Assembly: GCA_964304625.1 (NCBI GenBank)
Contig: OZ199839.1
Span: 10,089,201-10,153,200, forward strand
Length of the DNA stretch: 64,000 bases
Direction: 5' to 3'
From: Kudoa neothunni
Lineage: Eukaryota > Animalia > Cnidaria
The notes below the pieces were generated by a model that worked only from the letters and a program-made list of their open reading frames with translations, had not been told where the DNA came from and made no database searches. Made by a program: the position numbers and the translations under genes. Positions 13,925 through 27,042 of this stretch are shown here, in pieces. How positions within the stretch are numbered: the first letter of the stretch is position 1; every line of letters begins with the position of its first letter.

Positions 13925-15499
13925 GGTAATGGTTAGGTAGTGACTCCAGAAAACACCATCCTAAGTGGGGTTTTTCTCTTTTTTTTATTGCGATTATCAA
14001 TAATAAATAAAAAGAATAATGATTGTAAGCAATGAGCTCAAATAAATTACTTCCAAATTTTTGCCTAATTCCTATTCTACTAGAGTCGGATACACGTGTA
14101 ATCCACATCGTTTTCAAATAAGCACCGAAAAATTAGCTGATTTTTTAATTATTTTACTCTAATCAGTATACCATTATCGTTATTTAAATTTTCTTAATAT
14201 TTACATATCAAAGTCAAAATTAGCGCAGTAAACCTTCCAAATAAGCTTGTCTAATATTAAGAAATTATGTGTCGTCTATCTATATTTATAAATGTCAAAT
14301 TAACTTTTAAACCATTTAGAAACATCTATAATTATTTATTTTAGTTTGTGAATTTTTATTAGTATATTATTAATAGTGAAGAAATTTTTATACACTAATT
14401 ACTTGTGAAATCGAAACTAACAATAATTATATTAATCGTACATTGATATTTTCGGTTATAAAATCAAAGAAGGGCAATAATTCCAAATATTCCAATACGT
14501 ATTCTATTTGTCTGAAGATATTTAATTGGAGAACTTTTACAAATAATAAATCGTATATTTATCTGTTTATTTTTTAAATACGACATAGTGTATATAATTA
14601 ATAAACATTACAAATTTAATTTATTGGGACAAAAATATTCGTTTTAATAAAATATTGTTATACTATATAATTAAGCTTGGAAATGAAATCATCTATAATT
14701 TTATTCGGTATTTTACACCAAAATCATTCTTTGCAACAACCACCATGTTGTTAACGTGCAGCTGAAGTGTTATGAAGATTTTCTTATAAATTTTTCTAAA
14801 TGAATATATATTTTTTACCGTTAATTTGTTTGGTGAACTAACGGAAGCCATACCAAAGAAAAAAATACCATTTCAAAGAGAAACACTAGTTTTACACCTT
14901 AACTACCTTAAGTCGTTATTCCTCAGATGATGAGTAATTTTTATGGCTGTAAGTGAAGGCATAATCAATATGATTTCTTTCACAGCACGAAGTTTCTGTC
15001 ATTGGTCTCCTTACAACGAATTTTCCCTTTATTAAAGTAAAGGACTCAAAATTCCATCAATTTAAACATCTTTTTGTAGCAACTTCAAGGTAACCCTTCG
15101 TTATTAATTTGTAAAATAACCTATCATGATTATTAATTAAACAGAAAAAGTCATCGTTCCCTCTAAAAATTAAAAGCTCCATTATCGCGATTTTCACGTG
15201 ATAAATAAACACAGAAAGATTGATTATCTTTTTAATCAAAAATAATATAAACTAAAAATTTTGGATAATTTTCGAAATACGCAAATAATTAGCCATTTTT
15301 AGGTGTTTATTTGTAAACGACTTGGATTACACTCGTATCCTACTTTAGTCGAATAGGAATTAGGCAAAAATTGAAAAGTAATTTATTTTAGCTCAATACT
15401 TGCATTTAGTATTCTTTTTATTGATTATTGATAATTGTAAAAGAAAAAGAAAAAGAAAAAAGATGGTGTTTTTCTCAAGTCACACACTTTACCATTACC
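13925..15499. mobile_element. Non-autonomous DNA transposon with about 200-bp TIRs, Merlin-like ends
   Basis: 13925-14140 is the imperfect reverse complement of 15290-15499. Both ends begin GGTAATGGT. The flanks CAATTTAT / CAATTGAC match 6 of 8, consistent with an old 8-bp TSD. Confidence 0.75.
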
Positions 15500-16233
15500 C
15501 AATTGACAACACATATTAATAAAACACATTATATTAAATTTAATGTTGAACTTCTTAATCCTAAGATCAGTTCTTCACCGTCATGTGGCAGTCAAGTGTT
15601 ACCGATAAAACGTCCAAGTGTTGCGTAATATTATACCTCATTTACTTTCTAACTATTGATTTCATAATGTCTTCAGTTTCAGTGGAAAATTAAACTTTGC
15701 ATGATGCATTAACAATATATGCACATATCAAAGTGTATAGTGTGCTCATTCAAGTGTAACCTTTGTGACCTACCGAACCACAAAAATTTAGATATTTATT
15801 GACAATCAAACAATTATATAATAATTGTAACATCAATCAGTTTAATATTATGTTTACTTTTAAATGTACGAGTTTGATGTGATTTAATTAGGTTTAAGTA
15901 TTACTTTTACTGGGGTCTCGCGAGATCCTGCTTGGGCAAACACGGTTTTTCAAAAGGTTTGATCCCTGAAGGGTTAATGGAGGTGACCTAATCAGTCAAA
16001 ATTACAAAATATAATAACTATCGTCAAGGGTTTTACCTTGTAAACAAAAAAGTTCAGCAGTGAAAAAAAATGACTATGATTTTAATTAAAGTTGTAGATT
16101 TTTGTGTTCTAAAATGAACCAAAAAGTAAATTTAAACTATTTATCCATACGTTCCAATAAACTAACATACACAATAATAACACTATTCATTAGAATACAC
16201 ATTCTAAACTAACATCAATAATAAAAGTTAAAA

Positions 16234-19200
16234 TCAATCAGTGACATTGTAGTGGTTGAGGATATGTTTAAAAATTTCAACCAAATTGGAAAGACCAAGG
16301 ACAAAACTTTCATCCGGACCAATGTGTTTGATGGAACAATCGATATCTGTGTTGTTTGGTAGTGATTTGTCGGGGTTTTCAAAACTTGATTGAGCGAAGT
16401 CGATCAATCTTAGATCCAGAAAATTTTCGATTTCTCCAGGTGAAAGCAACTGACTTTCCTCATGGGTGAGATTGCCTTCGTACACCAGTAGAACCGATGT
16501 AGCAAACAACCTCACAGATGGAAGTTGTTCGAGTGTTACCATGAGTGATTGTAATCGTTTTATAAATGGTTCAATCAACTCATAGCGATAGAATTCTCCG
16601 TCGAAGAAATAATCCTTTAATTTTTCTCTCAATTGATCCATATCGAGATTCCGGCCGTTGTATTTGTTGAGAAAGGTATACGAATCGGTTTTCACGTGAT
16701 AGGTCTGAAGCCCACACAATCGAATGCCACATTTTGAGGTGGTTGTGGTCTGACATCGTTCTACTTTTCTTTTCATTTTTTCAGCTCCGGTATTATCGCC
16801 ATGAGCTCGAAATCCTATTTTAACGTCGAGCACACATGGTTTTTCGAATTTAGTGGTCACATTTTCCAACATCATAAATACTAGCATAGAATAATTTTAA
16901 ACAATCATTTTAACACAAATGCACATACTTTTCTCATCATAATTGTATTTTTCCCACTTTATATCAAATCTTTTTCTAGCTTCCAGGTACCATGGATGGC
17001 ATCGTTCTAGATTATTTAAATTACAAATTGGAATTTTAAACTAACATTAAAATGGATAAGGATATCGGCGCGCAAAGCATAATCACTTATGTTCTTGACG
17101 AAGATCCTATTAACCTTCGAACACCTGAGCAAAAAAGTTACACGAATACCTGGAGGTGGCCGCATGCAAAAATGTATTAAAATATTAAACATCGTTACAC
17201 GTAAGGTTAAGAACATAATTATTTACGTTATTTTTTACATTTTAAAATATAATAAATTCAATACAAATAAATCAGTGATGAATATTCCTCTTTATTATTA
17301 TTATTATTATTATTTATTATTATTATCAAACCCCATGATTTTATTATGAAATCTCTTCCCCTGGTGACAGAAATATGTTGAATATATAAATTATAAATTC
17401 GTTCTTTATAAATTGAAATTTGGCATTGAAATTAATTAATTAATTAATTAATTAGTTAATTAATGACAAATATATAGTCTAAGAATTTTTAGATTTTGAA
17501 TTTTTGAGTTATGATAAGATGGTCTAAATTAAACTTAAAACGATTAAATCGAATTTATTACATTTTACTGATACGTAATTTAACAAAATTATTATAATAT
17601 GCGCGATTCACTTTCCAGATTAAATTAGTTAACCGAATTTTTTTATAGTAACAAAAAAAATCACTTTGACAAAAATCTTTGCATCAAAGTACATTTATAA
17701 TTTTTGTTGTATTGCAAAAAGGCATTTTTATATACTTTAACTATTTAAACGTTATAATGTATACGGCGGGAATTTTCAGGTATGTGTGTAACTTATTTTT
17801 GTTTTTTAATTTTAAGCAAAAAAATTAAGCGTAAAACTCCATTATTTAAGTATTTTTAAAAGCCTCCACATTATACTATAAAATATACGTAAGGAAACAA
17901 AATATTTTGTAAAAATTAATGATATGATAAGAATTGATTGGTCACCCACAGGTGGTATTCGAGAGTTAACAAAAAACTCCATTCCTATTACTTCCCAATC
18001 TCGATTCAATAAACCAGCTAATATAAACATTATCTACTATATGAAGCAAACCGGAAATCATTGTGTGTGTAGGCATTTTTCATTCTTTGTTGAGAGGCAT
18101 ATCGCCTCCTTTGAGCAAACACATGGAAAGATAAAATTTTGTTTTAACACAGAAAAATACGTAAAGAATTATAAAAGATTTGCATCCTACAAAATGACTA
18201 AAAACATTTGCACGTGGTATCATTGGTATGATTTTTAGATTTCTTTGAAAAAAAGGAGAAAATCGATTTTTAAACGCTCAACAGTATTTATTCATTTTTA
18301 AAAATATCAAATAAGGTTCATGCGTCTAATTATTTAAGGTAAGTTGATTAAAATACAACTTAGGACTAACTACAGTAACTGTATACGAACTTAGTTCAGC
18401 ACCGACATACTACATACACTACATACAGTCGGAATAAAATCGTTCCCTACAATTTGTCCTACTAATTGATTTCTCTTTTAAAATTTTTTCACATTTTTTA
18501 CATCATAAAAAATTTAAAATTAAGGAAAATTAGAATTATTTTGAAGAATTTATCAACTGCATAGAGATCTCAAGTGAATTCGAATGTGCTCGACGTAAGA
18601 TTTATTTCCAGTTTGCGAGAAAATTCTTGTTGGTTTAGAAATTATTAAATTTCTTTTTTTATGATAAAAAAATTGAAAAATTTTCAAAAACTAACTAAAT
18701 TAACAGGACAAATTGTAGGAAACAACATTTCCGATTGTTTATATGATACCGCCCGAAATTGACACACATATTGTAGCTTAGTCCAATTTTATGTAAAATC
18801 TTAATAGAGACTAGAGACTTTATCGGTTTATATTCGCAATATTAGTCTTAATACGTCATTTAATAGATCACATATCGATATTTTCTTAAATTCAAGCTGA
18901 AATGGTCAAAATCATTACACTTTTTATACTTTAATAAAAATTAAATTTTTATCACAACAACGTATCTGACTATTTTAGTGATATTTGAAATGAAAACGAT
19001 TGACATTTACTTATCCTATTTTTCCTTTTTTTTATTCAATATTTATTAGTGTTTACTTTTCTGCATAATATCAGGGTCATATTCAAAATATGCTACAATA
19101 AAGTGCATGAATGTTATATTTAGATGGTTATTATTGTGCTATTGTGGGGACGGTAATTTGATCTACTTTTTCGCGTATCTAGAAATATAAAATATATTTT

Positions 19201-20412
19201 TCGTAGCGCCATTAATGACTAATCATATTTTTTACTAACCCATTCTTTTTTCTTATGGAAAAATAACGTGAACAAATTTAACGGACGCATGTGATGATTA
19301 ATTAAATTAAATAATCTGATTATTCGATTTAGATATTTCGATTAAACATTGAAATAATAAAAATACGCCACACAACATACACCAATGTATTAACATATAT
19401 TGAAACAAAATTTAATTTAAAGTGTTGAAAAGAATTTGGTGGAGAAATCAACTTCAGAATTCATAGTTGAGCAGAACATTATGTGTTTACACGCGGATAA
19501 TCTAATTTTTTATTAATCTGATTCGTGCGCTATCAAAATGACTTTATTAAATTAGATCCGTATTTATGTTGTGATATTTTACTGAATAAAAGGAACCCTT
19601 CCTCTCTATATTTTATTTCCTTTATATTTTAGTGAAATGTTCCAAATTACCAACAACAATTGGTTACGTAAAAACATTGGGCAAGGATCCCTAGCGTGAG
19701 TCAGGGTTTGCGCTAGTCTGATATATTTCATAGTGTAATAATAATTATATCAGCGTTTTGACTTGTTAATATGCTAAATATTTACTTTGTCGAATAACTT
19801 TGTCGAGTGATTCGGTACGTTTGATACAATTTGCCTCCCTGATCGATCATTAAATAAGTGATTACAATAACCACCATAAAATCATATCAAATACCATCTA
19901 TCTTGTTCGCTTCTAACTTCCCCCTCGGAAATCAATTTCGGATCAATATCTCCCTCGTTTATACAAGAGCCCACATAGCACACTGTACCATTGTCATCAA
20001 CACAACGATGCACATTTGCCAAACCTATCACAATCGATTATTCAAATTTGTTTACGTCGAGTTGTTAATCACCATTAAAAGCTGGTATGAAGTCTTTCAG
20101 CGATGGTGACATGTGTTTATAGAAAAGATATTCGTATGGATTGAAAACTTTACATAAAAGATTGGAGTTGTAGGTGAGAAACACGTTGTGACCTCCCACC
20201 TGATGTATAAAAGGCTCCAAAACTACTTTTTCGTGTATGTTGTCACTTGGATCTTTACAGTTTTGATGGGACTTATCAGAATTGTTTTCATCCGAGCAAA
20301 CATTGAGATCACCGCGGCAATGATTATGCGACTGTGAATTCAAACTTGAGTTCTCACGATTAACAACCTCGTCAGGCAGCATTTGCTTCTTCACACTATC
20401 CGTATAGTCCAT
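16234..20412 (-). CDS. IP6K: Inositol hexakisphosphate kinase (IPK family), 5 coding exons
   Basis: Motifs LEPFIHQVGGH, EYLFY, HPW, LENVTTKFEKPCVLDVKIG (PxxxDxKxG), GIRLCGLQ, TSVLLVYEG and RLIDFAQ. Three short introns and one 2779-nt intron (17007-19785). An acceptor-like ctag just before the ATG suggests a further upstream exon. Confidence 0.92.
18033..19716 (+). mobile_element. Helitron-like non-autonomous element inside the long IP6K intron
   Basis: Starts A|TCTACTATATG...TGTGTGTGTA like the other family copies. Ends CCCTAGCGTGAGTCAGGG-TTTGCG-CTAG|T (short hairpin then CTAG, inserted between A and T). Pairing of these two ends is inferred. Confidence 0.5.
18426..18737. mobile_element. MITE with about 100-bp TIRs
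   Basis: CAGTCGGAATAAAATCGTTCCCTACAATTTGTCCT... pairs with ...AGGACAAATTGTAGGAAACAACATTTCCGATTG. A related partial copy lies at about 35566-35790. Confidence 0.7.
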
Positions 20413-21959
20413 ACCTAGGTAGTGAGAATAATTTGTAGTCAAGTTAAATATTATTGATCAAGTTCCCCTCCCCCCCATTTATTAATAAATTGAATAAAAT
20501 ATACAAATATGTTTTTATATTTAATATATATTTTATGTACACTGTATTAGGAATAAATTAATTTTTTCAGCTTGAAAATAGAAGAGAATAAATCATAGAC
20601 ATCTTATATAGGTATCAATATTGAGAAAAATCAATTTACCTTATCAAATACCACAAGCTACAGACAGTGAGCAAATAGTTTCGACTTTAGAGAAAAAATT
20701 GTTGGAGAATTAAACACTTGGTTCGACTCGTACTAATAGGATCAATTAATATTCCTACCAGACCCATCCAGCCTATGTAATTCGACGATTATTTATTTTT
20801 GTTTCAATGATCCAATCCCTACGAAGACAAGTAGAATTGGAGAATACTTTTGAGCAAACCTTTAAAAGATAATTGATCACAAAGCGCTTGCGTTAATCCT
20901 ACTTAAATCTTATCATCAAATGTCGTCATTCTTCGTAAAGTTTATTGAATATATTGTTGGCATTATTTTCCTCTGAAAATCTGTGTCACCAACCCATTTA
21001 AATTATATTTAACATATGTTCGTCTTATTTCAGATTAGAGCGAGACTTTTCGAGCCATTGCAAATTTTAATTTAGAATTAAGCCGAGATATTTTTTATGG
21101 AGTGCTCTAATAAAAACGTTCCAATTGAATTAAAAAAATCTTTACGACGTGACAAATAATATAAGCTTCAAGTCTATCGATAATTTTTTTGGTGTACTAC
21201 TTTAACAATGATGATGAATTAAATGTCATAACGAATGGATTATGGCTATATTTACAATTTTTAGCATGACAATAACTATATTAATTTTTCTCATATCACT
21301 TTTTAGTTACTCAATAAATAAATGAACTGTATTAAAACAAATTATTCCGCACATTATATGTTGAATTAAATTATTAAAATTTCACTTCAGTTATTATACT
21401 TTTAATCCTTTATAATGATTCACTTTATTTTTCATTATCACTAATTAAAATAGGATGTCTTTTAATATTTTTAAAATTCCTTTTTCTCTAAAATCGTTTT
21501 AAATCTGATATGTAGGTTTTTGGAATGCGTGTAACATAAAATCGTGTTTAAGAATTTTAACGTCGCTCATCTTTCTATTTATGTATAAATATTTTGAATA
21601 AAATTTAAAATAATATAACAATTGTAATGGTGCCATTGAATAAATATACTTAAGTAATGTAATTTAATGCACTAAAAATTGAGTTTTATATACTTGAAGT
21701 CATTTAATGATCAAAAGTGCAATGAGTTTACGCTTAAAAAATTTTTGAGTCATAACGATAGTAGTTTGTTGATTTTTCTCAAGAATTCAGAGTTAAAAGT
21801 ATTGAGGAAGACACATCAAGAGTAATTTCTTTTATTATTCGGCGCGTGTACGCCCCGTAATATAAGGTTGGAATTGTTTTGTTGGTCGCTATAAAACTGA
21901 TTGAATGTCATTATATTTGTTCTGATTAACTCTACTGTAGGGTATCAAGGCCAACGTAA

Positions 21960-23212
21960 GGTATAGCGACGAAAGTCGTGGCGATCATCCCTCTTCATCG
22001 CTAGAAAATAGATTATTCTACAGTCGAAATTGATGATATCCTTATAAAAGATGTATTTAATCTACAAGAGACTAGCCCAAAATAATATTCATATTGCAAA
22101 GATTTGGTTTAATGCCAAGAATTCATTCGTGTGAAACTTGTCATTCAGATATGCTACTCAGACCAGAAAGCAATATTGACTAATTTATATTTCGATGCTA
22201 TAGATGTATTAAAAAGAAACCACTCAAAAAGAGGACGTTTTTTTGAAGGACGAAGCTTACATTAAGACAAATTTTTTATCTGATTTTTTCAGACGTTAAT
22301 GATATTTATATGAATTATGATACTATAATGAGACAATTGAAGATCTGTTCAAGAGAAACAGTTAGCAACTGGGAAAATTGTATACGTGAAATCTACATGG
22401 AGTATCTTAATATCAAGAGTCCTTCAATTGGTGGTACAGGTATTATTGTGCAAATTGACGAGTCCCAAATATGCAGACTCAAATGCCATAGCAGTAGAGT
22501 GCTTGTGAATCAAAATTTGTGGGTAGTTGGAGGAATCGACGAAGATGAGAATACATTTCGAATCTTGACTGAGGTTAGAAATCAAGCCACATTGGAAACG
22601 ATTATCTCTCAATATGTCCTAATGGGGTCCACCATCTGGACCGATTTGTGGGGTGGCTACAATAATTTAAGCATGGTAGACTATCATCATGATAAAGTTA
22701 ATCACAGTATTGAATTTAAAACGTCGGATGGATTCTACACGAACAGAATTGAGGCTGTTTGGGATGCATGCGTCAAGCGCAAGTTCTGTTATATAACTTG
22801 TTATATCCTCGAGTGCACGCGGCAAAAAGAAAAAAAATGAATAAGACTCAACAAAGAGAGAATGACAATGTATGTAAAAACAACGTTATATGTGGTGAGG
22901 CAGACCCTGCACCCGATTGCCGAACATGTGTACATTCATCTCTGGGTATTCCTATGTGAATTTTACCCAGGTTCGAGGTGTACGGTTTTGTGGTTAACCG
23001 CATTACTCACTTATTGGCAATCGTTAACGGTTTCTTTGACAGATATCGTACGGTTGGTTACGATACCCAACCTAACTAACAAATAATCGGAATTAATGTG
23101 TTCCTCCTTGGCCGAATACCAATTTAAAAAAACATTTAATAAGGCCGAACTTTGATATGCACCTCTAATCCGATTTAATAAAGGATTGACGCCATCAATA
23201 CAAAAAATATGA
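21960..23212 (+). mobile_element. Decayed Merlin/IS1595-family (ISXO2-like) transposase A, interrupted by a solo LTR
   Basis: IGGTGIIVQIDES, WVVGGID, IWTDLWGGY, HDKVNHSIEF, TNRIEAVW. After removing the LTR the frame continues to SLAEYQFKK. Left end GGTATAGCGAC at 21960. Confidence 0.85.
22799..23072 (+). mobile_element. Solo LTR (same family as 3318-3675) inserted into Merlin transposase A
   Basis: TGTTATATCC...TACCCAACC flanked by the 5-bp duplication TAACT (22794-22798 and 23073-23077). Collinear with the 3318-3675 copy apart from two internal deletions. Confidence 0.85.
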
Positions 23213-23250
23213 TGAAAACATAACAAAAATAAAAATCTGATTGATATTAA

Positions 23251-24422
23251 CTACAAATTTTTTAATGAGGATAAAAAGCCAGTCCATAAATCATAGTTAT
23301 TTTTTTGTCTCCATTGAAGTTCACCAAGAAACGAAGTGATATCATCCATACCGACAGAACCATCTTCATTTATTAAAGATGTTCTGTTTCTTGGTGATAT
23401 TTTGTATTTGATGGCATCCCACATTCCCTCAATGGTGTTTGTATGGGCCCCCGTGGTACTATCCACATATTCTATACTGTGATTTACAATGAGATGAGCA
23501 TAGAAATTATGGAATGCCCTATAACTTTTGAAGCAGTCAGTGTGAACGTATGTTTTAATTTATTGGATAAGAGTCCAGGCGGTTCTGTTAGGAGCCTCTA
23601 TTAAAAACATCTTTCGCTCTGGTGTCCTTTCTACACTTCAAAGAATCCAGGCCCCATTAACGCCATGCCCTCTGTTATGCCTCACGTTGCCAAATTGGGA
23701 CTTATCAATCTCAACAATTATGTTTTCACCACCAATAATTATGTCCACAAAGTCAAGACTGTCTTCTGTTACCGGATGGCGAAGGTAGTGACAATAGTTA
23801 GTAATTGTTTGAGAAGAGTGCCCGGTAATTGTAACCAAGTTAAAGATTTTCACACCCACAAGCCAATAATAAGTAATACGCCAACTCCAAGAAATTATGG
23901 AATTTTATTCTCATATTACTGAAATACGTTGACTCGAAAATGTAAATTTCCTTTCTACACATTTTGGAACAGCATCCCCATTGTTTTGATGTATTAAATC
24001 GCTGGTACCATTGCTTTTCATACAGTTATCCGGTGCTTTGAAAATATCCACATTGATTAAATATGGATATAGTTATCCTCATTGCAAAAGATACTACCAA
24101 ATGACTTCCTTGGGGAAATCATTCATACAGATCTAACAATAAACGGTGGGTATTCGTTAAATAGTACATTTTTTTCTGCTTAATCCGTCTAATGCGACAA
24201 TATTAAAAAGACGGAACATCTACTAAACTATTAATTAATAACCACTAAAATGCAGCAAATTTCACAGGGATCTCTAAATCAAATGTGATCCTTTAAAAAT
24301 GATAGACTTCAAAATATATATTTATTATTAATCAAATTTATTTACACTAATAAATATGTTTTGTTTATGCTACGAATTTCTGCCCAATAAGTCTCGAACT
24401 GGACCTACCCTGTTGCTATACC
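23251..24422 (-). mobile_element. Decayed Merlin/ISXO2-like transposase B, convergent with A
   Basis: IIGGENIIVEIDKSQFG..RHNRGHGVNGAWIL, VHTDCFKSY, IVNHSIEYVDSTTGAHTNTIEGMWDAIK, FLGELQWR, with frameshifts and stops. Outer end GTTGCTATACC at 24412-24422. Confidence 0.85.
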
Positions 24423-24646
24423 GTACTCTAGCCGAGTATCAAGATAGAACAATTATTAATTTCCTTTAATTTAATTAAGTATTGGAGAGGATTTAGCATA
24501 GGGACGTTTTATAAATAATATTTATTAAATATATTGAAGTTTCTAATTAACCCATAGAAACAAACTAAATAAAAATTTTAAGCATCATACTTTCAACGAT
24601 TAAAATTAGCGAAATAGAAATTCTAAACATTATATGTAGAGATCTA

Positions 24647-26419
24647 CTAGTCCCGGAGTTCATTTAAATTACCTTAAGCGTTATCTAAAACGTTATTTTT
24701 TGACCCGGTATAAAAACTAGAGCATTTTCCCAAACAAACAGCTAAAAATCGCTTCAACATCAACATAAAAAATTTATATAATTCGATGAAATAAGAATAC
24801 CACCATCTGCATTAAATTTAATCACTGAAAGTTAAACATAGCGGACGATTTCAATGAAATCCACGGACCCAGCGCTTGCATTACAACGCTTCAATCTATC
24901 CTATTATAGCGCGTTTATCAAGTCAAATACGTTAAAACTCCACAAATAAAGAGTGTATTTGCACAAACACCAAAAAACTCCAACCTTATACATAAAGATA
25001 GATGGTATCGCTTAATTGACATTTAATAAAGCACATAAGAGAGAAAATAATGTCTCCCGCCACAAGTTGGTGCATGCGCTTCAGATTAAAGGATTATTTT
25101 TATTTTACATGTTGTGCTACGAACAATAAAACAAAAATCTTTAATACTAAAACAATATATTTTTTCATATACGTTGAGTATACTAGTTTGCAATTGTAAT
25201 TAATAAAATGTGAATTGTTGATATTACCATCTCAGACGATTTTATACCATTATTTTTGTAAAATTAATAGTTTGGAGATGTGAATAAATTTTTTAATTTG
25301 GCTCGAACCATCTATTTAATAAATATTCTTTTAAAATTTACGCGAGTTCTTAACTGATTAAGTGCATTGATATGGCGGATAACACACAGATTTTTTCACG
25401 GTCGATTTTATTCATATTCTGAAATAAAACAATGTCTTGATGACTTTATAAAAGTATTAAATTAGAGAAACGTTATATTTAAACAAAATTAGAGTTCTGG
25501 ATTCACATACAGAGTGGACAAGAGTGTCAAACTAAAGAATGATATCACACAGGATGAAAACAAAATGTTAATTTAAAGATATATCAAATATATTTGTCCC
25601 TATGGAGACAAAAACTCTAAAAGAAAATATTTAAAAGATTTCCAGTAATCATTGATGAAAGGTTGTCCAGCATTCATTGTGATATCTTTTCGGGATGAGT
25701 CACTTAGTGTACTTAAATATTACATCATCCTAAATATGATGTAAGTTATTACAAACACAGTCAAAATGTGTCATGTGAATTAAAATGAATTTTGTCACAA
25801 TGTCTCATTTGGGGTGCAGACAATAAACGAGTGAAAGGAACTCTCGAATCCGATCTCAATATTCCGTTTAGTTGAAAAAAAAATACGAAATTTAAAGCAT
25901 CGCACAAAGAAGGAATCCCAGTATTCGTTTGATATGGATAATCTTACTAAAAAGTACAGTAGTGAATTATTACTTGACGTCTACAAAAATAAAAATACGC
26001 ACGAATTAAACGTTTTAAGTTTCAGTACTCAACGTATATGAAAAAATATATTGTTTTGGTATATTGAGATTTTTGTTTTATTGTTCGCAGCACAACGCGC
26101 GAAATGAAAGGAATAAAAATAATCCTTTAACCTCTGAGCATGCGTCAACGTCGTGGCGGGAGAATGTTAACTTCAACCCACCATCACCATGGCTTAAGCC
26201 TGTGTTAATCCTATTGTTGAACTCAAATAATCCAATAGCCAAACTTTGAATTGGCAAAATCACCATTTTCTAAACACCTTTTAGAACATCTGGTAGTGTA
26301 AAAACGTTTTAAAGATTTTTTGAAAAATTGTAATTTTTAAAAAAAAATTTTCAAATGTCTCTCTATAGGAAAATATTTTGTCGCACACACGGACAATTCA
26401 GCTTTTATATATAAGAAGA
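24647..26419 (-). mobile_element. Helitron-like repeat, long copy carrying a nested TIR element
   Basis: 5' end A|TCTTCTTATATATAAAAGCTG...GTGTGTG...TTTTCCTATAGAGAGACATTT is shared with the 63145, 63502 and 58440 copies. Segments 26163-26300 and 24910-25045 are collinear with 63670-63910. The 3' end CCGGGACTAG|T is tentative. Confidence 0.65.
25054..26162 (+). mobile_element. 1109-bp TIR element (about 130-bp TIRs starting CTCCCGCCAC) with a MULE/ZSWIM3-like zinc-domain remnant
   Basis: 25054-25180 is the reverse complement of about 26025-26162. AATGT flanks both ends. Internal remnant RYIKYICPYG...MKGCPAFIVIS. The element is absent from the homologous host repeat at about 63790. Confidence 0.75.
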
Positions 26420-27042
26420 TAATAGATTATAATAATATTGAGGACTTAGGTTTACTTGTTTTTGAATCAATATACTCAATAATTCTATTTTTTATTGGAG
26501 GTAATTTATGCTTAAAACATCTGCTTATTAAATTATTGCCTAAATTTTCTAAATCTGGTCGTTCGGCTATGTAATTGTCAATTTGTCTACTTTGTCCACC
26601 CATAACGAAGCGAAAAATAACACATGAATTATCTCGATATTGGCCGAAAGTGGGAAAATTTAGAAAATAACTTTTTTCGGTGCTTATCAATTTTAGTATA
26701 AAATTACGATCTTTAGTTTTAATGTTAATAACATAGTTCATAATCGCTTATTCATTGTTTCGAATTATATTTTTCTTTCAGTTGCGTTATTAATTATTTA
26801 GCGCGAGAGAATAGACTTGTGTGTAACCGATAATATCAGATCGCCTAGCTTGGGTATCGTTATACTATTTACGAATAACAATTTTGTTATTCATAAAAGA
26901 GATAATACGCAACCAGTCCCGAATGTATCTAATAAATTTGATAAGCGAGTTTTTTGCTAGATGATTATTTGATTTATACGAATAGTAGCTGTTTCTTCAT
27001 CCTATAAATTATATAATTTTATTTATATACAACACAACAAGA

